This document shows, piece after piece, positions 1 through 11,282 of a DNA stretch of 52,001 nucleotides. The notes below the pieces were generated by a model. It did not search any database and was not told the DNA's origin. It saw nothing but the letters and a program-made list of their open reading frames with translations. Location of the stretch: the NCBI GenBank assembly GCA_002269645.1, contig NIVC01004278.1, forward strand, positions 1 through 52,001. The letters run 5' to 3'. The position numbers and the translations under genes were made by a program. Each line of letters opens with the position of its first letter. The stretch's first letter is position 1. Source of the DNA: Macrostomum lignano. Lineage: Eukaryota.

Positions 1-1823
1 TCACCTACTTGTCATTGGGATGGTAATGACCTCGCCTAATGGTCATTCGGGTGGTAATGACCTTACCTAATGGTCATTCGGGTGGTAATGATCTCACCTA
101 ATGGTCATTCGGGTGGTAATGATCTCACCTAAAGGTCATTCGCGGTGGTAATGATCTCACCTAATGGTCATTGGGTTGGTAATGACCTCGCCTAATGGTC
201 ATTGGGATGGTAATGACCTTACCTAATGGTCATTCGGGTGGTAATGATCTCACCTAATGTCATTCGGGTGGTAATGACCTTACCTAATGGTCATTCGGGT
301 GGTAATGATCTCACCTAATGGTCATTGGGTTGGTAATGACCTCGCCTAATGGTCATTGGATGGTAATGACCTCGCCTAATGGTCATTGGGATGGTAATGA
401 CCTCGCCTAATGGTCATTGGATGGTAATGACCTCGCCTAATGGCATTCGGGTGGTAATGACCTTACCTAATGGTCATTCGGGTGGTAATGACCTCGCCTA
501 ATGGTCATTCGGGTGGTAATGATCTCACCTAATGGTCATTCGGTGGTAATGATCTCACCTAATGGTCATTGGTTGGTAATGACCTTACCTAATGGTCATT
601 GGGTTGGTAATGATCTCACCTAATGATCATTCGGGTGGTAATGATCTCACCTAATGGTCATTCGGGTGGTAATGATCTCACCTAATGGTCATTGGGGTGG
701 TAATGACCTCGCCTAATGATCATTGGGATGGTAATGACCTCGCCTAATGGTCATTGGGATGGTAATGACCTCGCCTAATGGTCATTGGGATGGTAATGAC
801 CTTACCTAATGGTCATTCGGGTGGTAATGATCTCACCTAATGGTCATTCGGGTGGTAATGATCTCACCTAATGGTCATTCGGGTGGTAATGATCTCACCT
901 AATGGTCATTGGGTTGGTAATGACCTCGCCTAATGGTCATTGGGATGGTAATGACCTCGCCTAATGGTCATTGGATGGTAATGACCTCGCCTAATGGTCA
1001 TTGGGATGTGGTAATGACTTTACCTAATGGTCATTCGGTGGTAATGATCTCACCTAATGGTCATTCGGGTGGTAATGATCTCACCTAATGGTCATTCGGG
1101 TGGTAATGATCTCACCTAATGGTCATTGGGTTGGTAATGACCTCGCCTAATGGTCATTGGATGGTAATGACCTCGCCTAATGGTCATTGGGATGGTAATG
1201 ACCTCGCCTAATGGTCATTGGGATGGTAATGACCTCGCCTAATGGCATTCGGTGGTAATGACCTTACCTAATGGTCATTCGGGTGGTAATGATCTCACCT
1301 AATGGTCATTCGGGTGGTAATGATCTCACCTAATGGTCATTGGGTTGGTAATGACCTCGCCTAATGGTCATTGGGTTGGTAATGATCTCACCTAATGGTC
1401 ATTGGGTTGGTAATGACCTCGCCTAATGGTCATTGGGTTGGTAATGACCTCGCCTAATGGTCATTGGGATGGTAATGACCTCACCTAATGGTCATTGGGA
1501 TGGTAATGATCTCACCTAATGGTCATTGGGTTGGTAATGACCTCGCCTAATGGTCATTGGGTTGGTAATGATCTCACCTAATGGTCATTGGGTTGGTAAT
1601 GACCTCGCCTAATGGTCATTGGGTTGGTAATGACCTCGCCTAATGGTCATTGGGATGGTAATGACCTCACCTAATGGTCATTGGGATGGTAATGATCTCA
1701 CCTAATGGTCATTGGGTTGGTAATGACCTCGCCTAATGGTCATTGGGTTGGTAATGACCTCGCTAATGGTCATTGGGTTGGTAATGACCTCACCTAATGG
1801 TCATTGGTTGGTAATGACCTCAC
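1..1823. repeat. 31-bp minisatellite array, running off the window start
   Basis: Unit AATGGTCATT(GGGTT/CGGGT/GGGAT)GGTAATGA(C/T)CT(CG/CA/TA)CCT repeated throughout. Each unit holds the inverted repeat GGTCATT..AATGACC. Confidence 0.97.
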
Positions 1824-2192
1824 CATCTTAATTTGAAGAGTTAGACAGGGAAATACACACAAAAAAGATATTGTACAGAACAACACAAGACGATAAACAA
1901 GGTAAACAGATATATATTCCATGCCAGTCCCATAAATACAAAAAACACTTCCCTATGAAATATACAATGATGAGTATAGTGCAAAAATACCAGCTACATG
2001 CACCAGAATAAATGAGAAAAAACTGGAAAAAAACTAGAATAACAATAGTCAGTGATATAATATTACATTTTAATTACAAATCCTCGTCTTCATCGCTGTC
2101 CGCCCCCCACAGCTCCTGGATGGTGGTCTGACGCTTGCGTTTTGCCTGCTCGCTCGATTGTTGTTGTTGCTGCTGTTGTTTCAATCGCGGGT

Positions 2193-2282
2193 TTAAAGCC
2201 ACTCTGAGATCGACTTCGTGTTTTGGCAGGCCGTGTTTATGCTCATGTCCGACAGGTTCTCACTGCTAGTTAGGTGCAGGGT
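2193..2282 (-). CDS. NCAPH: Condensin complex subunit 2 (CAP-H/Barren), last coding exon
   Basis: Acceptor ttgccag|ACC at 2283/2282, phase 0. Reads TLHLTSSENLSDMSINTACQNTKSISEWL*, continuing ...LLYLANEK like the kleisin C-terminus (human-type LHLANEKNLKL..EDLSD). Confidence 0.75.
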   Translation of the reverse strand, partial: TLHLTSSENLSDMSINTACQNTKSISEWL

Positions 2283-2312
2283 CTGGCAAATGGAATAATG
2301 TTTTTATTTGTT

Positions 2313-2546
2313 TGGGATCTGAGGACACTGGGATCTGAGGACACTGGGATCTGAGGACACTGGGGTCTGAGGACACTGGGATCTGAGGACACTGGGGTCT
2401 GAGGACACTGGGATCTGAGGAAACTGGGATCTGACGACACTCTGGGATCTGAGGACACTCTGGATCTGACGACACTCTGGGATCTGACGACACTCTGGGA
2501 TCTGAGGACACTCTGGGATCTGAGGACACTCTGGATCTGAGGACAC
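2313..2546. repeat. 16-18-bp intronic minisatellite (GGGATCTGAGGACACT[CT])
   Basis: Direct tandem copies of the same family as 3326-4624. Explains the spurious ORFs at 2266-2673. Confidence 0.95.
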
Positions 2547-2589
2547 GCGATGAAATCGGATTTTGAGAACTGGAAATAAGATAGTACAC

Positions 2590-2830
2590 GGTAAGACATG
2601 GATAATTAAAAAACTGAAGTGAGATAATCCGCTGAAAATATGGATAATTGAGACCGGAAGTAAGATAATCCACTCAAAATATGGATGATTAAGATTGGAA
2701 GTGAGATAATCCGCTCCAAGTATTGGTGATTAAGACCGGAAGTGAGATAATAAGCTGAGAAATATGGATAATTAAGACCGGAAGTGAGATAATCCGCCGA
2801 AAATATGGATTATTGAGACCGGAAGTGAGA
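2590..2830. repeat. ~41-42-bp intronic minisatellite, degenerate copies
   Basis: GGATAATTAAGACCGGAAGTGAGATAATCCGCTGAAAATAT units, same family as 5040-5123 and 6631-7470. Confidence 0.85.
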
Positions 2831-2891
2831 TGCGTTTGTTAGTCTTGTATACTACTTACAGTAGAATAAAACACATGCAATCAATACTAAC

Positions 2892-3233
2892 CTTCTCATT
2901 AGCCAGGTACAACAGACAGCTGAATACAATAGACACAGACAGATCCTGAGCAGTGGTTGCGCCAACTTTCGGCGGCAATTGTTGCAACAATCTGGCAAAT
3001 GATCTTTCGCCATTAAACAATGCCTCATTATTTGCATCGTTGTTGCCAACAATTTCGTCATCTTCTTGACTGTTTCGACGAGTTGAAGAGTCGTCCTGGC
3101 TGCACACTTCCATGGCTGTGACAGCAGAGGCGGGACCGCCGTCAGTTTCTAGCAATTGCCACATTGACCGCTTGAGGCGGCTGATGTTGATCCGCTTGGC
3201 AGTTTTAGCGTAGGCAATGTCCAATTGGTTCAC
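2892..3233 (-). CDS. NCAPH: NCAPH exon, C-terminal kleisin winged-helix region
   Basis: acacag|GTG acceptor and AAG|gttagt donor, 114 codons. VNQLDIAYAKTAKRINISRLKRSMW and SIVFSCLLYLANEK match Barren/Cnd2 C-terminal motifs. Confidence 0.92.
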
Positions 3234-3325
3234 CTGTGTTTTGTTGTAATGGGAGAAGGCATTTAAGGATATTGAAATAGTTGCAGTAAAATGAAATTTA
3301 GAATACGCTCGTATCATTACAATTT

Positions 3326-4624
3326 GGGATCTGAGGACACACTGTGATCTGAGGACACTCTGTGATCTGAGGACACTATGGGATCTGAGGACACTCTGGG
3401 ATCTAAGGACACTCTGGGATCTGAGGACACTCTGGGATCTGAGGACACTCTGTGATCTGAGGACACTATGGGATCTGAGGACACTATGGGATCTGAGGAC
3501 ACTATGGGATCTGAGGACACTCTGGAATCTGAGGACACTCTGGGATCTGAGAACACTCTGGGATCTAAGGACACTATGGGATCTGAGGACACTGTGGGAT
3601 CTGAGGACACTATGGGATCTGAGAACACTCTGGATCTGAGGACACTCTGGGATCTGAGGACACTCTGGGATCTGAGGACACTCTGGGATCTGAGGACACT
3701 CTGGGATCTAAGGACACTCTGGGATCTGAGGACACTCTGGGATCTGAGGACACTATGGGATCTGAGGACACTCTGGGATCTGAAGACACTATGGGATCTG
3801 AGGACACTCTGTGATCTGAGGACACTATGGGATCTGAGGACACTCTGGGATCTGAGGACACTCTGGGATCTGAGGGCACTATGGATCTGAGAACACTCTG
3901 GAATCTGAGGACACTCTGGATCTGAGGACACTATGGGATCTGAGGACACTCTGTGATCTGAGGACACTATGGGATCTGAGGACACTATGGGATCTGAGGA
4001 CACTATGGGATCTGAGGACACTCTGGAATCTGAGGACACTCTGGGATCTGAGAACACTCTGGGATCTAAGGACACTATGGGATCTGAGGACACTGTGGGA
4101 TCTGAGGACACTCTGGGATCTAAGGACACTATGGGATCTGAGGACACTCTGTGATCTGAGGACACTATGGGATCTGAGGACACTATGGGATCTGAGGACA
4201 CTATGGGATCTGAGGACACTCTGGAATCTGAGGACACTCTGGATCTGAGAACACTCTGGGATCTGAGGACACTATGGGATCTGAGGACACTCTGTGATCT
4301 GAGGACACTATGGGATCTGAGGACACTGTGGATCTGAGGACACTATGGGATCTGAGAACACTCTGGGATCTGAGGACACTCTGGGATCTGAGGACACTCT
4401 GGGATCTGAGGACACTCTGGGATCTGAGGACACTCTGGATCTAAGGACACTCTGGGATCTGAGGACACTCTGGGATCTGAGGACACTATGGGATCTGAGG
4501 ACACTCTGGGATCTGAAGACACTATGGGATCTGAGAACACTCTGGAATCTGAGGACACTCTGGGATCTGAGGACACTCTGGAATCTGAGAACACTCTGGG
4601 ATCTGAGGACACTCTGGGATCTAA
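3326..4624. repeat. 18-bp intronic minisatellite (GACACTCTGGGATCTGAG)
   Basis: Fills almost all of intron 3234-4679. The RVSSDP, LRTLWD and GSEDTM repeat ORFs are its translations. Confidence 0.97.
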
Positions 4625-4679
4625 GGATGACGGAACATCCTAGGAACTTAGAAGACTGAATGTTTGAACAAAATCGCAC

Positions 4680-4997
4680 CTTATAGGGGGCCTGCATCGG
4701 CTGCAGCTGCTGCGATCCAGGCACCTGAGACAACGGCAGTTGAGTAGCCTGCCCCACAGCCTGCGTGAAGGCATCGGCAAATGGCTGATCAACTGCCGTC
4801 AGTCCGCCGACAGGGTCCTGCTGCTGATCCGCGTCGTAAGCGGCCGCGTTGTCGTCGCCGAAATTGTTCAAATCGGCGTCATCGTCCAGATCGTGCGCGA
4901 TAGCCGGGTCGACATTTTCATTGTCGTCAGCCTGCCCGACTGACAATAGGGAGTCGTTGATCTGCGACTGGTTCTTGGCGTCCGCGTCTGATGAGGC
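4680..4997 (-). CDS. NCAPH: NCAPH exon, acidic linker ending ...MQAPYK
   Basis: tatcgcag|GCC acceptor and AAG|gtgcga donor, 106 codons, phase 0/0. Joins to give PYK|VNQLDIAYAK, as in the kleisin P.kV..I.YAk motif. Confidence 0.85.
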
Positions 4998-5123
4998 CTG
5001 CGATAAAATCGGATTTTGAGAACTGGAAATAAGATAATCCACGGATAGACATGGATAATTAAAAAACGGAAGTGAAATAATCCGCTGACAAAATATGGAC
5101 TATTGAGACGGGAAGTGAGATAA

Positions 5124-6630
5124 GACCGCTGTGGTCATGTTCACCAGCAGGACGAAATGGCAATTCCGCCATCTCACGCTCTACGGACAGGAAATCCCCT
5201 TCCGTAAGCAAGTCAAGTGTCTTGGGGTCACCCTTGATCACAGGCTGAACTGGTCCCCGTATTTTTATGCCAAGACTAAAAAGGCCTTCGCGATCCTGGC
5301 GCAACTGCGCAGGGCGGTTGGCACTACTTGGGGCCTTACCCCCAAACGCCTCTGGTGGATCTACACTGCTATGGTCAGGCCGGCGATCTCCTACGCCGGA
5401 GTGATCTGGGCGAGTGCCCTTAAGATTAAGACCTGCTTCGAGGCTCTTAAACGAGTGCAGGGGTGTGCATGTCGAATGATAATGAGCGCCCCGCCCTCTG
5501 CTCCATTCGACGGCCTCAACGCCTTCCTTGACCTGCCTCCGCTGGAAATTTTCGTCCGCAGTGAGGCGGCCAAGGCTGCCCGGCGTCTTATCAACACCGG
5601 CATTACTCTCAAGCCCCAGAGGGCAATGGCTAAGCGCAAGCTTCTGCCTCACTCCGACCTCTGTCTCAGAGATTTGCAGGAGAGTGGTGGTATCAACGTC
5701 GTTTCGGACGGGGAACCCCGCACGCTCAACCTCTGTCTTCGATTCAAGGTCAGTCTTCCTCCCCGAGAGGAGGCTAACGACCACTGGAATCCCCAGGAGG
5801 TCCACTGCTACAATGACGGATCCCTAAAAGACGGTCTCTCCGGCTTTGGGGTCTGCATTCTTATCAATGGCCGCGTGCTCGCCACGTATGCCCAGCACAC
5901 TCGAAAACTCTCTACTGTCTTCCAGAACGAGGTCCTTGCTATTAGCTCTTGCTCAATACGCTGGGACGCAGAAATGCTGTCCTGCTCAAATGGATCCCTG
6001 GAAACGAGCTAGCCGACTCGCTAGCAAAGCAAGGGAGCGGCGGCTCCCTTCAGGGACCTCTGCCCTTGGCTCCAATCCCTGCGGCCACCATCATTCGTAG
6101 CATTGATGCCTGGGCCTCCGCCCTGCACAGGGACAGATGGATGAACCTCACTACCTGCCGCCAATCGCGTGCGGCGGTCCCTCGTCCATCCCGAAAGCTC
6201 CGAACTGTCCTCCTGAACCAAAGCAGGAAGGACATCCGGGCTCTTGCTATGACCCTCACGGGGCATGGCTGCTTCGCTAGGCACTGCTTTCTGTGCCCAT
6301 TTTGCGATTACGACAACGAAGACGCTCAGCATTTCGTTTGTCAATTCCCGTTCTTTACCAGGAACCGGCTAAACTACATCGGTCCAAAACTATCTATTGA
6401 TGACGTTTGTAGACCTGAGAACATCTTACGGCTCGTCCGGTCCCTTCGGGCAACTAGAGGAGCCTCTTTCTTCCCAAACGAAGAGAATGCTGCAGCACGT
6501 ACTGGCGGACCACCCTGACCGGCCCCGCACCATTGCCGAAGCGGGTCACCAGGGTTTAGCGGAATGGGCGACTCTCGCCTTCCCGCTGCGTCTTCGGACT
6601 GTCCTGCAGCTAAGTCAAGTAAGTAAGTCA
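5124..6630 (+). mobile_element. 5'-truncated non-LTR retrotransposon (LOA/Lian-like, R1 group) with RT C-terminus, RNase H and CCHC; degenerate
   Basis: Motifs TWGLTPKRLWWIYTAMVRPAISY, YNDGS, WIPG-NELADSLAK, LTGHG and CPFC..H. Has a (TAAG)n-like 3' tail at 6611-6630 and a 7-bp TSD GAGATAA (5117-5123 / 6631-6637). Antisense to the host gene. Confidence 0.9.
5131..6518 (+). pseudogene. Disrupted ORF2 fragment of the LINE (ORFs 5131-6012 and 5949-6518)
   Basis: Frame switch near 5950-6000 with loss of the central RNase H. The usual H/G residues between WIPG and NE are missing. Confidence 0.8.
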
Positions 6631-7470
6631 GAGATAATCTGCTCAAAAATATGGATAGTTGAGACCGGGAGTGAGATAATCCACTGAAAATATGGATAAT
6701 TAAGACCGGAAGTGAGATAATCCACTGAAAAATATGGATAATAGAGACCGGGAGTGAGATAATCCACTGAAAAATATGGATAATAGAGACCGGGAGTGAG
6801 ATAATCCACTGAAAAATATAGATAATAGAGACCGGGAGTGAGATAATCCACTGAAAATATGGATAATTGAAACCGGAAGTGAGATAATCCACTGAAAAAT
6901 ATGGATAATAGAGACCGGGAGTGAGATAATCCACTGAAAAATATAGATAATAGAGACCGGAAGTGAGATAATCCACTGAAAAATATGGATAATAGAGACC
7001 GGGAGTGAGATAATCCACTGAAAAATATAGATAATAGAGACCGGAAGTGAGATAATCCACTGAAAAATATGGATAATTGAGACCGGGAGTGCGATAATCC
7101 ACTAAAATATGGATAATAGAGACCGGAAGTGAGATAATCCACTAAAAATATGGATAATAGAGACCGGGAGTGAGATAATCACTGAAAATATGGATAATTG
7201 AAACCGGAAGTGAGATAATCCACTGAAAAATATAGATAATAGAGACCGGAAGTGAGATAATCCACTGAAAAATATGGATAATAGAGACCGGAAGTGAGAT
7301 AATCCACTGAAAAATATGGATAATTGAGACCGGGAGTGCGATAATCCACTAAAAATATGGATAATAGAGACCGGAAGTGAGATAATCCACTAAAAATATG
7401 GATAATAGAGACCGGGAGTAAGACAATTCGCTGAAAAATACAAGTAATAAAGAACCGGAAGTGAGATAAT
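6631..7470. repeat. 42-bp intronic minisatellite
   Basis: Unit GAGACCGGGAGTGAGATAATCCACTGAAAAATATGGATAATA with an internal ATCCA..TGGAT inverted repeat. Confidence 0.96.
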
Positions 7471-7492
7471 TAAAAAAACAGCCAAGACTCAC

Positions 7493-8051
7493 ACTCTGAA
7501 AGCAATGCCGATTATCTGCAATCAAATTTAACAGGTTCTGCCTGACGCAACGACCAGCAAAGTCTCCAACTACGCCAGATTGAACAGGCGCAATCACGTG
7601 CGGCAAATTAAATTCCGATTGCATATGCCTGCTAATAACAGTGTCGGATAGCTTCAACCCGGATCTAGATAAAGCTAATTTCTTTCGCCAATCTGCAGGA
7701 CTGTCAGTCAGCAACTGATCCATGGCGGCTTTGGCTGCTTGGCGTCGGCGAGCTGTAGAAGCGGCCGGAGCTGCGGCAGAGCAAGCCGCGCCTGCGATGG
7801 CGCCATCTTTAATTTTCTCTGCTGCCGCTGCCGCTTTCGATAATAGCGCAGTTAATTTGCACTTTTTTCTCTTCCAATTAGCCGGGTCGGCGAATAGACG
7901 GAAGAATTCTCCGCCGGTAAGTCGGCCAACACCTCTGCCGCCGCCGACTCCACTGCCGCCGCTAGCGGCGCCGTTGGCGCTCAAATGAGCGTAGCGATCT
8001 GAGAGCAGATCGCGGATTGCTTCCACAAAATTTCTACTGGCGTTCGGATGG
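7493..8051 (-). CDS. NCAPH: NCAPH exon, central region
   Basis: caaccgcag|C acceptor matches the phase-2 donor at 12625 (TT+C = Phe), and AGT|gtgagt is the donor. FADPANWKRK and LSDTVISR..FNLP correspond to CAP-H WAGPDHW and TTLP-like motifs. Confidence 0.85.
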
Positions 8052-8123
8052 CTGCGGTTGAGAAATCGGTTATGAATGGGGATTTATTTTTCTAAGAAAT
8101 AGGAATCGCGCTAAGGCCAATAA

Positions 8124-8310
8124 CTAAGAATCAGATAATTCATGTTTCTAAGAATCAGATAATTCGTATTTCTAAGAATCAGATAATTCGTGTTTCTAAG
8201 AATCAGATGATTCATGTTTCTAAGAATCAGATAATTCGTGTTTCTAAGAATTGGATAATTCATGTTTCTAAGAATTGGATAATTCATGTTTCTAAGAATT
8301 GGATAATTGA
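8124..8310. repeat. 24-bp minisatellite (CTAAGAATCAGATAATTCATGTTT)
   Basis: Tandem units 24 bp apart. Degenerate relatives lie at about 11800-12190 in the same intron. Confidence 0.9.
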
Positions 8311-8323
8311 TCTTTTAAAAAAT

Positions 8324-8639
8324 GGGGTTTTTAGCCTAGTGGTCAGAGCGTCGGACTCACGACTTAAAGGTCGGGAGTTCGATTCCCGATTCTACTTGGA
8401 ACACTTTGTGTCCTTGAGCAAGACACAAACTCTGCATTGCTTCAGTTCACGCAGCTGTAAAATGGGTGCCAGCATTAGCTGGGGTAATTGAGGGTTGGCG
8501 ACCCCCCAGTCCTTGGACTGAACAGCCGTACGCAGCCTTCAGATGCGCCGCGCAATAGCTGTGGCTGAGCTGTCTCGGTTGCACATCTGGCCATTAGGGC
8601 AGGTGTAATCAGTTATTGCTATTATTAACATTATCATTA
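8324..8639 (+). mobile_element. tRNA-derived SINE, family 1
   Basis: A box TAGCCTAGTGG, B box AGTTCGATTCC, central GTGTCCTTGAGCAAGACAC..CTGTAAAATGGG resembling the CORE/V-SINE domain, and an (ATT)-rich tail. Paralogs at 12292-12560 and 45517-45778. Confidence 0.85.
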
Positions 8640-9960
8640 TCTCTACATATAAAAATCAAAACTCTGTCTGTCTGTCTGTGTGTCTGTCTGTCTGTGGACA
8701 ATTTTGATCGCTATGGACTCCCAAACCGCTTAACTAAATGACACCAAACTTTACACCCACCCTAAACTTACTACGGAGAATGTCTTAGGCTACCTTTAAA
8801 TTTCCTAGACTCAAGTCTTCCTACCTTAAAGTACAAAAAACTGCTCAAAATGCGCAATTTTTTTACTTAATCCTCCATAGCGCCGCTCCACTTCTACCGA
8901 TCCTCTTCAAATTTGACACAATCAATCTTCAACTATTTTGACACAATCGTGTAAAGTTTTGAGTCTCAAAGTTAATCCTGAATGGCGCTGGGCACTTTTT
9001 AAGTTAGGCTGTTTTTTTCAGCGAGGCAGCCACCCCAACCTCCGCCCTCCTGCCTCTCTTTCCCGATCTGGGCAAAGGGTGCAAATAGGTTTTTTAATGA
9101 CTAACTTTGGGCTGCCATACGTTTGCTTCACGTGAAGCGATTGACTTCAAACTTGACACAAATCTTTATTGACTCATTCTCTGTCCAAATATAAAGTCTC
9201 AACTCTGTATCTCAACCAGAACAGAAACTGTAAGCATGTGAAGTTTGTCTGCTTTTTCTGTTGTTTGCCGCTCATCCAACTCATTCCCCCAGACGAAGGA
9301 TCAGGCGATAGGGCTCAATGTACATAGCGAATGTACAGTGTTTTGGAATAACTTTTTAATAGCCTTCTCTGTCCCCCGCGAGTGGAGAGGCGTAGAGAAG
9401 AGAGACAGTTTAGCTAGAGATTCAAACCACTGTCCTCTGAATAGACACAAGTCTGCAGCAGTTTAACAGTGGATGGCAAATCAAGAGTCAAGACAATGTG
9501 GGATGGTTTGTAAAAATAGCGAAAAATTAATTAATAACTGATTACAATTACAATGCAATCCTTACTAAATTAGTTTGTTGTTAGAGCATGAAGCTTTTAA
9601 CATTAAGATTCGCATAAGGTAACTTTAAAATTTAAATGGCTCCTAAGAAATGCGTATTTCCTTGGTTGTTAGACTGCTGCAGAGTGCATGCCCTAATTAT
9701 AAAGTCTCAACTCTGTAACTCTACCAGAACAGAAACTGTAAGCGTGAGAAGTTTGGCTGTTTTTTCTGGTGTTAGGCCGCTCCCTCTTACTCATTCCCCC
9801 AGAACAAAGGGGTAGGCCAGCAGTGTATAGTGATTTGGAAATTAACTTGACTTTACTGCGCCCCCTCCCCCGGCCCAGTCAGCACAGTGGAAAAGGCTTT
9901 GGTTAGAACTTCTCACCAAACTGTTCTAAGCTTGCCCAACCTGCCAACCAGCAGTTTGTA
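8640..9960 (+). mobile_element. Probable non-autonomous Helitron/DINE-1-like element; 3' end not resolved
   Basis: Starts A|TCTCTACATATAAAAATC followed by (TCTG)n. Contains a diverged internal duplication at about 9190-9470 and 9700-9960. No CTRR end found, so the end coordinate is approximate. Confidence 0.45.
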
Positions 9961-10239
9961 AAAGTTTGCAAAAGCAAAAAATCTCTGAAAAAGCGATATA
10001 GATATAGTTCTACTGAATAAGTAACAAAAAATGCAAATTTTAACATTTCTTAAGTTTTACTTAAGCCACTTAAAATAAAAAATTTTAAATGCCAGATTCA
10101 GTGCAGTACAGTACAGCAGAAAGAGAGCAAGCCTCTCACTCATTTCCCCATACCAGGGTCAGTGTGCATGCAACAATGTAGTGTTTCGAACTTTCGAACA
10201 ACTTGAATTCTCTCTGCCCCAGTGAAGAGGCTATAAGAT

Positions 10240-11220
10240 AGACGATAATAGGAGAGACGAGGGGTAAGGAGAGAGTAGACAGCAGAGTATATGGGAGGAA
10301 GAAGCAAGAGGAGGGGAGAGAGGAGGGAGAGGAAATAGTAAAGGTGAGAAGAGGGAGAGAGAAGAGGGGAGAGATGAGACAGAGGATCGATGGGTGAGGA
10401 GAGTAGAGAAGAGTGATAAGAGAGTAGAGATGAGAGAACAGAGAGAAGATGAGAGAGGATCGAGAGGAGAGATTAGAGAGGGTAGGGAAGAGAGTAGATA
10501 AGAGGGGAGAGAGGAGTGAGAAGAGAGTTGAGAAAGAAGGGATGGAAGGGAAGAGTAAAGGAAAGAGGAGGAGAGATGAAAGAGATGAGATTATAGAGAT
10601 GGGAGAGATGAAAGGAAAGATGAGAGAGTAGAGATGAGAGATGAAGGAAGAGAGAGCAGAGTGCAGAGAGACGGGAGAAGAGAATAGAGGGAGAGAGTAT
10701 ACAAGAGGGGAAAGAGAAGAGTACACAGGAGAGAGGAGAGTAGAGATGACAGAGGAGAAAGGGGGATGAGAGAGCAAAGGTGAGAGTGAACAGACGATAT
10801 ATGAGAGAAGAGAGGAGAGTGGAGAGAGAAGTGTGGAGAGAGAAGAGAGAAGACAAGAGAGGGAGAGAGTATAGAAGAGGGAAGAGAAGAGAAGAGAAGA
10901 AAGGAGAAAGAAAAGAGAGGAGTCAAAAGAGGGGAAAAAGAAGAGTACAGAGGAGAGAGGTGAGAGAACACACGAGTATAAGAGAGTAATGACAGATGAG
11001 AGAGGGGAGATAAGAGAGCAGAAACAAGAGTGAACAGACGAGAGATGGGAGAGTAGAGAGAAAAGAGGAGAGGTGAGACAAGGGGAGAGAGAAGTGAGTG
11101 AGGAAGAGGAGGGGAGGGGAGGGGAGAGAATCGAGAGGACAGGGAAAGAGGGGAAAGGATGAGAGAGGAGAGGAAAGAGGGGAAAGATTAGAGAGGAGAA
11201 GACAGATGAGACAGGAGAGA

Positions 11221-11282
<62 letters not shown>

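Noticed and set aside
2191-2197. TTTAAAC slippery heptamer (minus strand) at the NCAPH stop
   Set aside because: Its phase is wrong for shifting from the kleisin frame into the 61-codon alternative frame.
2266-4659. Repeat-protein ORFs (RVSSDP, LRTLWD, GSEDTM) and similar ORFs at 6374-7142, 13615-14230, 14805-15434, 17708-18128 and 47141-47707
   Set aside because: These are translations of minisatellites lying inside splice-defined introns or TEs, open in several frames and on both strands.
6520-6610. HDV-like ribozyme suggested by GCGGAATGGG in the LINE 3' UTR
   Set aside because: The P1/P3/L3 elements are not in the required order, and such ribozymes sit at 5' ends. No hammerhead core with proper stems was seen elsewhere either.
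1-7470. Regular short repeats resembling CRISPR arrays
   Set aside because: The units are contiguous with no unique spacers, there are no cas genes, and the context is eukaryotic introns.
8324-8400. Functional tRNA gene (also at 12500-12560 and 45710-45778)
   Set aside because: The acceptor and anticodon stems are imperfect and each head is fused to a shared SINE body.
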